A stretch of 63,929 bases of DNA, filler included, from Octopus bimaculoides (taxonomy: Eukaryota): assembly GCF_001194135.2 (NCBI RefSeq). It is 6 parts of 5 records of this genome, joined end to end, with 100 filler letters (N's around TTAATTAATTAA, not from the genome) between each part and the next. Parts side by side here need not be neighbours in the genome. Positions count along the whole stretch, not along the records: positions 62,797 to 63,929 come from NW_026356131.1; 5 more parts are not named here. One strand, written 5' to 3'. Shown here one piece after another: positions 62,953 through 63,929 of the stretch (within the stretch, counting starts at the first letter, position 1; each line of letters starts with the position of its first letter). Below the pieces are notes generated by a model, which saw nothing but the letters and a program-made list of their open reading frames with translations, did no database searches and was not told the DNA's origin. The position numbers were made by a program, and so were the translations under genes.

Positions 62953-63897
62953 TAATACTGGATCCTAACATTTAAACAATGATATAGATTTGGTTGGAAG
63001 GAAAATTTATCGAACTCAGTACTCGACTAGTACCTTAATTTGTCGACTATAGAAGGATTAGAAAGAAAATAGTTGACCGCGTCCGAATTAGAACTCAGAA
63101 TGGGAAAATATATTATTAAATGCTGCTACGCACTTAATCGAGGTGCTCGACTATTTTACCGGACAACCTCTCTAATAACATAGTTCCTTATAGAATAAGA
63201 ATTACAGAGGTCCACTCATAGAGTGGTGACAACAGATAAACACGGCCGATAATAACGACTTTAATAATTGTTTCTGATCAGACTCAAGGCTAGAAGTTTT
63301 GAGGTAGAGTTTTAATAGACATCATGGTCTCCAGTACTTGACTCTAAAAAGCATAGCTGACCTTCAGCGAGATTTGAACACGTTTTGAACTGGAACAAAT
63401 ACCGCAGGCCACTTTCTCTAACGATTCTGCCTAAACACTACCCTTCGACTTTAAGAATAATAAAATGCTTAATCTTTAAGTTAAAAAATAATGATGTTGG
63501 TTTTGTTAATAAGCTTTAAACAGTCGGCCTACATTGATTCTCCTGGTTAGAGATATTTTTAAAATGTTTAAGAAAAACTATAGTCTGTTTTGTTAATCAG
63601 CGGGGTGTTACGGAAAAATACCAGAGGAAAGGAAAAAAGAGCAAGAAGGATAAAATAGAGATGAATTAGGTGGTAGTGGTGGTGGTGGTAGAGTAAGCAC
63701 AAAAAAAAAATGCTAGTATTATATGTACCTTATTACATCATTTCTTTGAGTTTTATAGAGTCGGTATCAACTAGCAAATGGGAAATGGAAATTGCAGTTT
63801 GAGAAATCACTTTCTAATAAACATTTCTGACATTTCTATTTAAGAAAATGAATTAAAAAAATAAACGTTACTTTAGCGAGTAAATGTTAGGAAGCAA

Positions 63898-63929
<32 letters not shown>

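Noticed and set aside
1-63929. CRISPR array, rRNA or prokaryotic operon
   Set aside because: No regularly spaced repeat-spacer units, no rRNA-like sequence and no gene-dense structure. The window is eukaryotic repeat-rich DNA.

Overview
AT-rich, microsatellite-saturated, gap-rich animal genomic DNA. It is probably an octopus-like coleoid cephalopod, inferred from my recollection of the SINE families, the TTAGGG repeats and the simple-repeat density. No host gene can be called with confidence; two weak exon candidates lie near 6.1-6.4 kb and 48.3-48.5 kb. Almost all interpretable content is transposon-derived. It includes at least three tRNA-headed SINE groups and several LINEs: RTE, CR1/L2-type, R4/Dong and Tx1/L1. 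It also includes two Penelope-like elements (PLEs), DNA transposons (Tc1, two mariners, pogo, two hAT, a Chapaev-like piece), two MITEs and a Helentron-type non-autonomous element. A dense nested cluster spans about 28-39.4 kb. The most notable observations are: (1) an intact-looking type I hammerhead ribozyme (39224-39275) downstream of a nearly intact PLE, plus a second near-intact hammerhead and several decayed ones; (2) an RTE LINE whose ORF originally ended in three tandem C2H2 fingers; (3) a 3' stem-loop shared between the CR1/L2-type LINE and the commonest SINE, pointing to a LINE-SINE partnership; (4) telomeric repeats carried in a MITE with an 8-bp target-site duplication (TSD), and a head-to-head (TTAGGG)n/(CCCTAA)n foldback; (5) a 138-bp, ~95% identical inverted repeat pair. 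Five N44-TTAATTAATTAA-N44 blocks are assembly spacers, so adjacency across them is unverified. No database searches were run, and family names rest on motif recognition.
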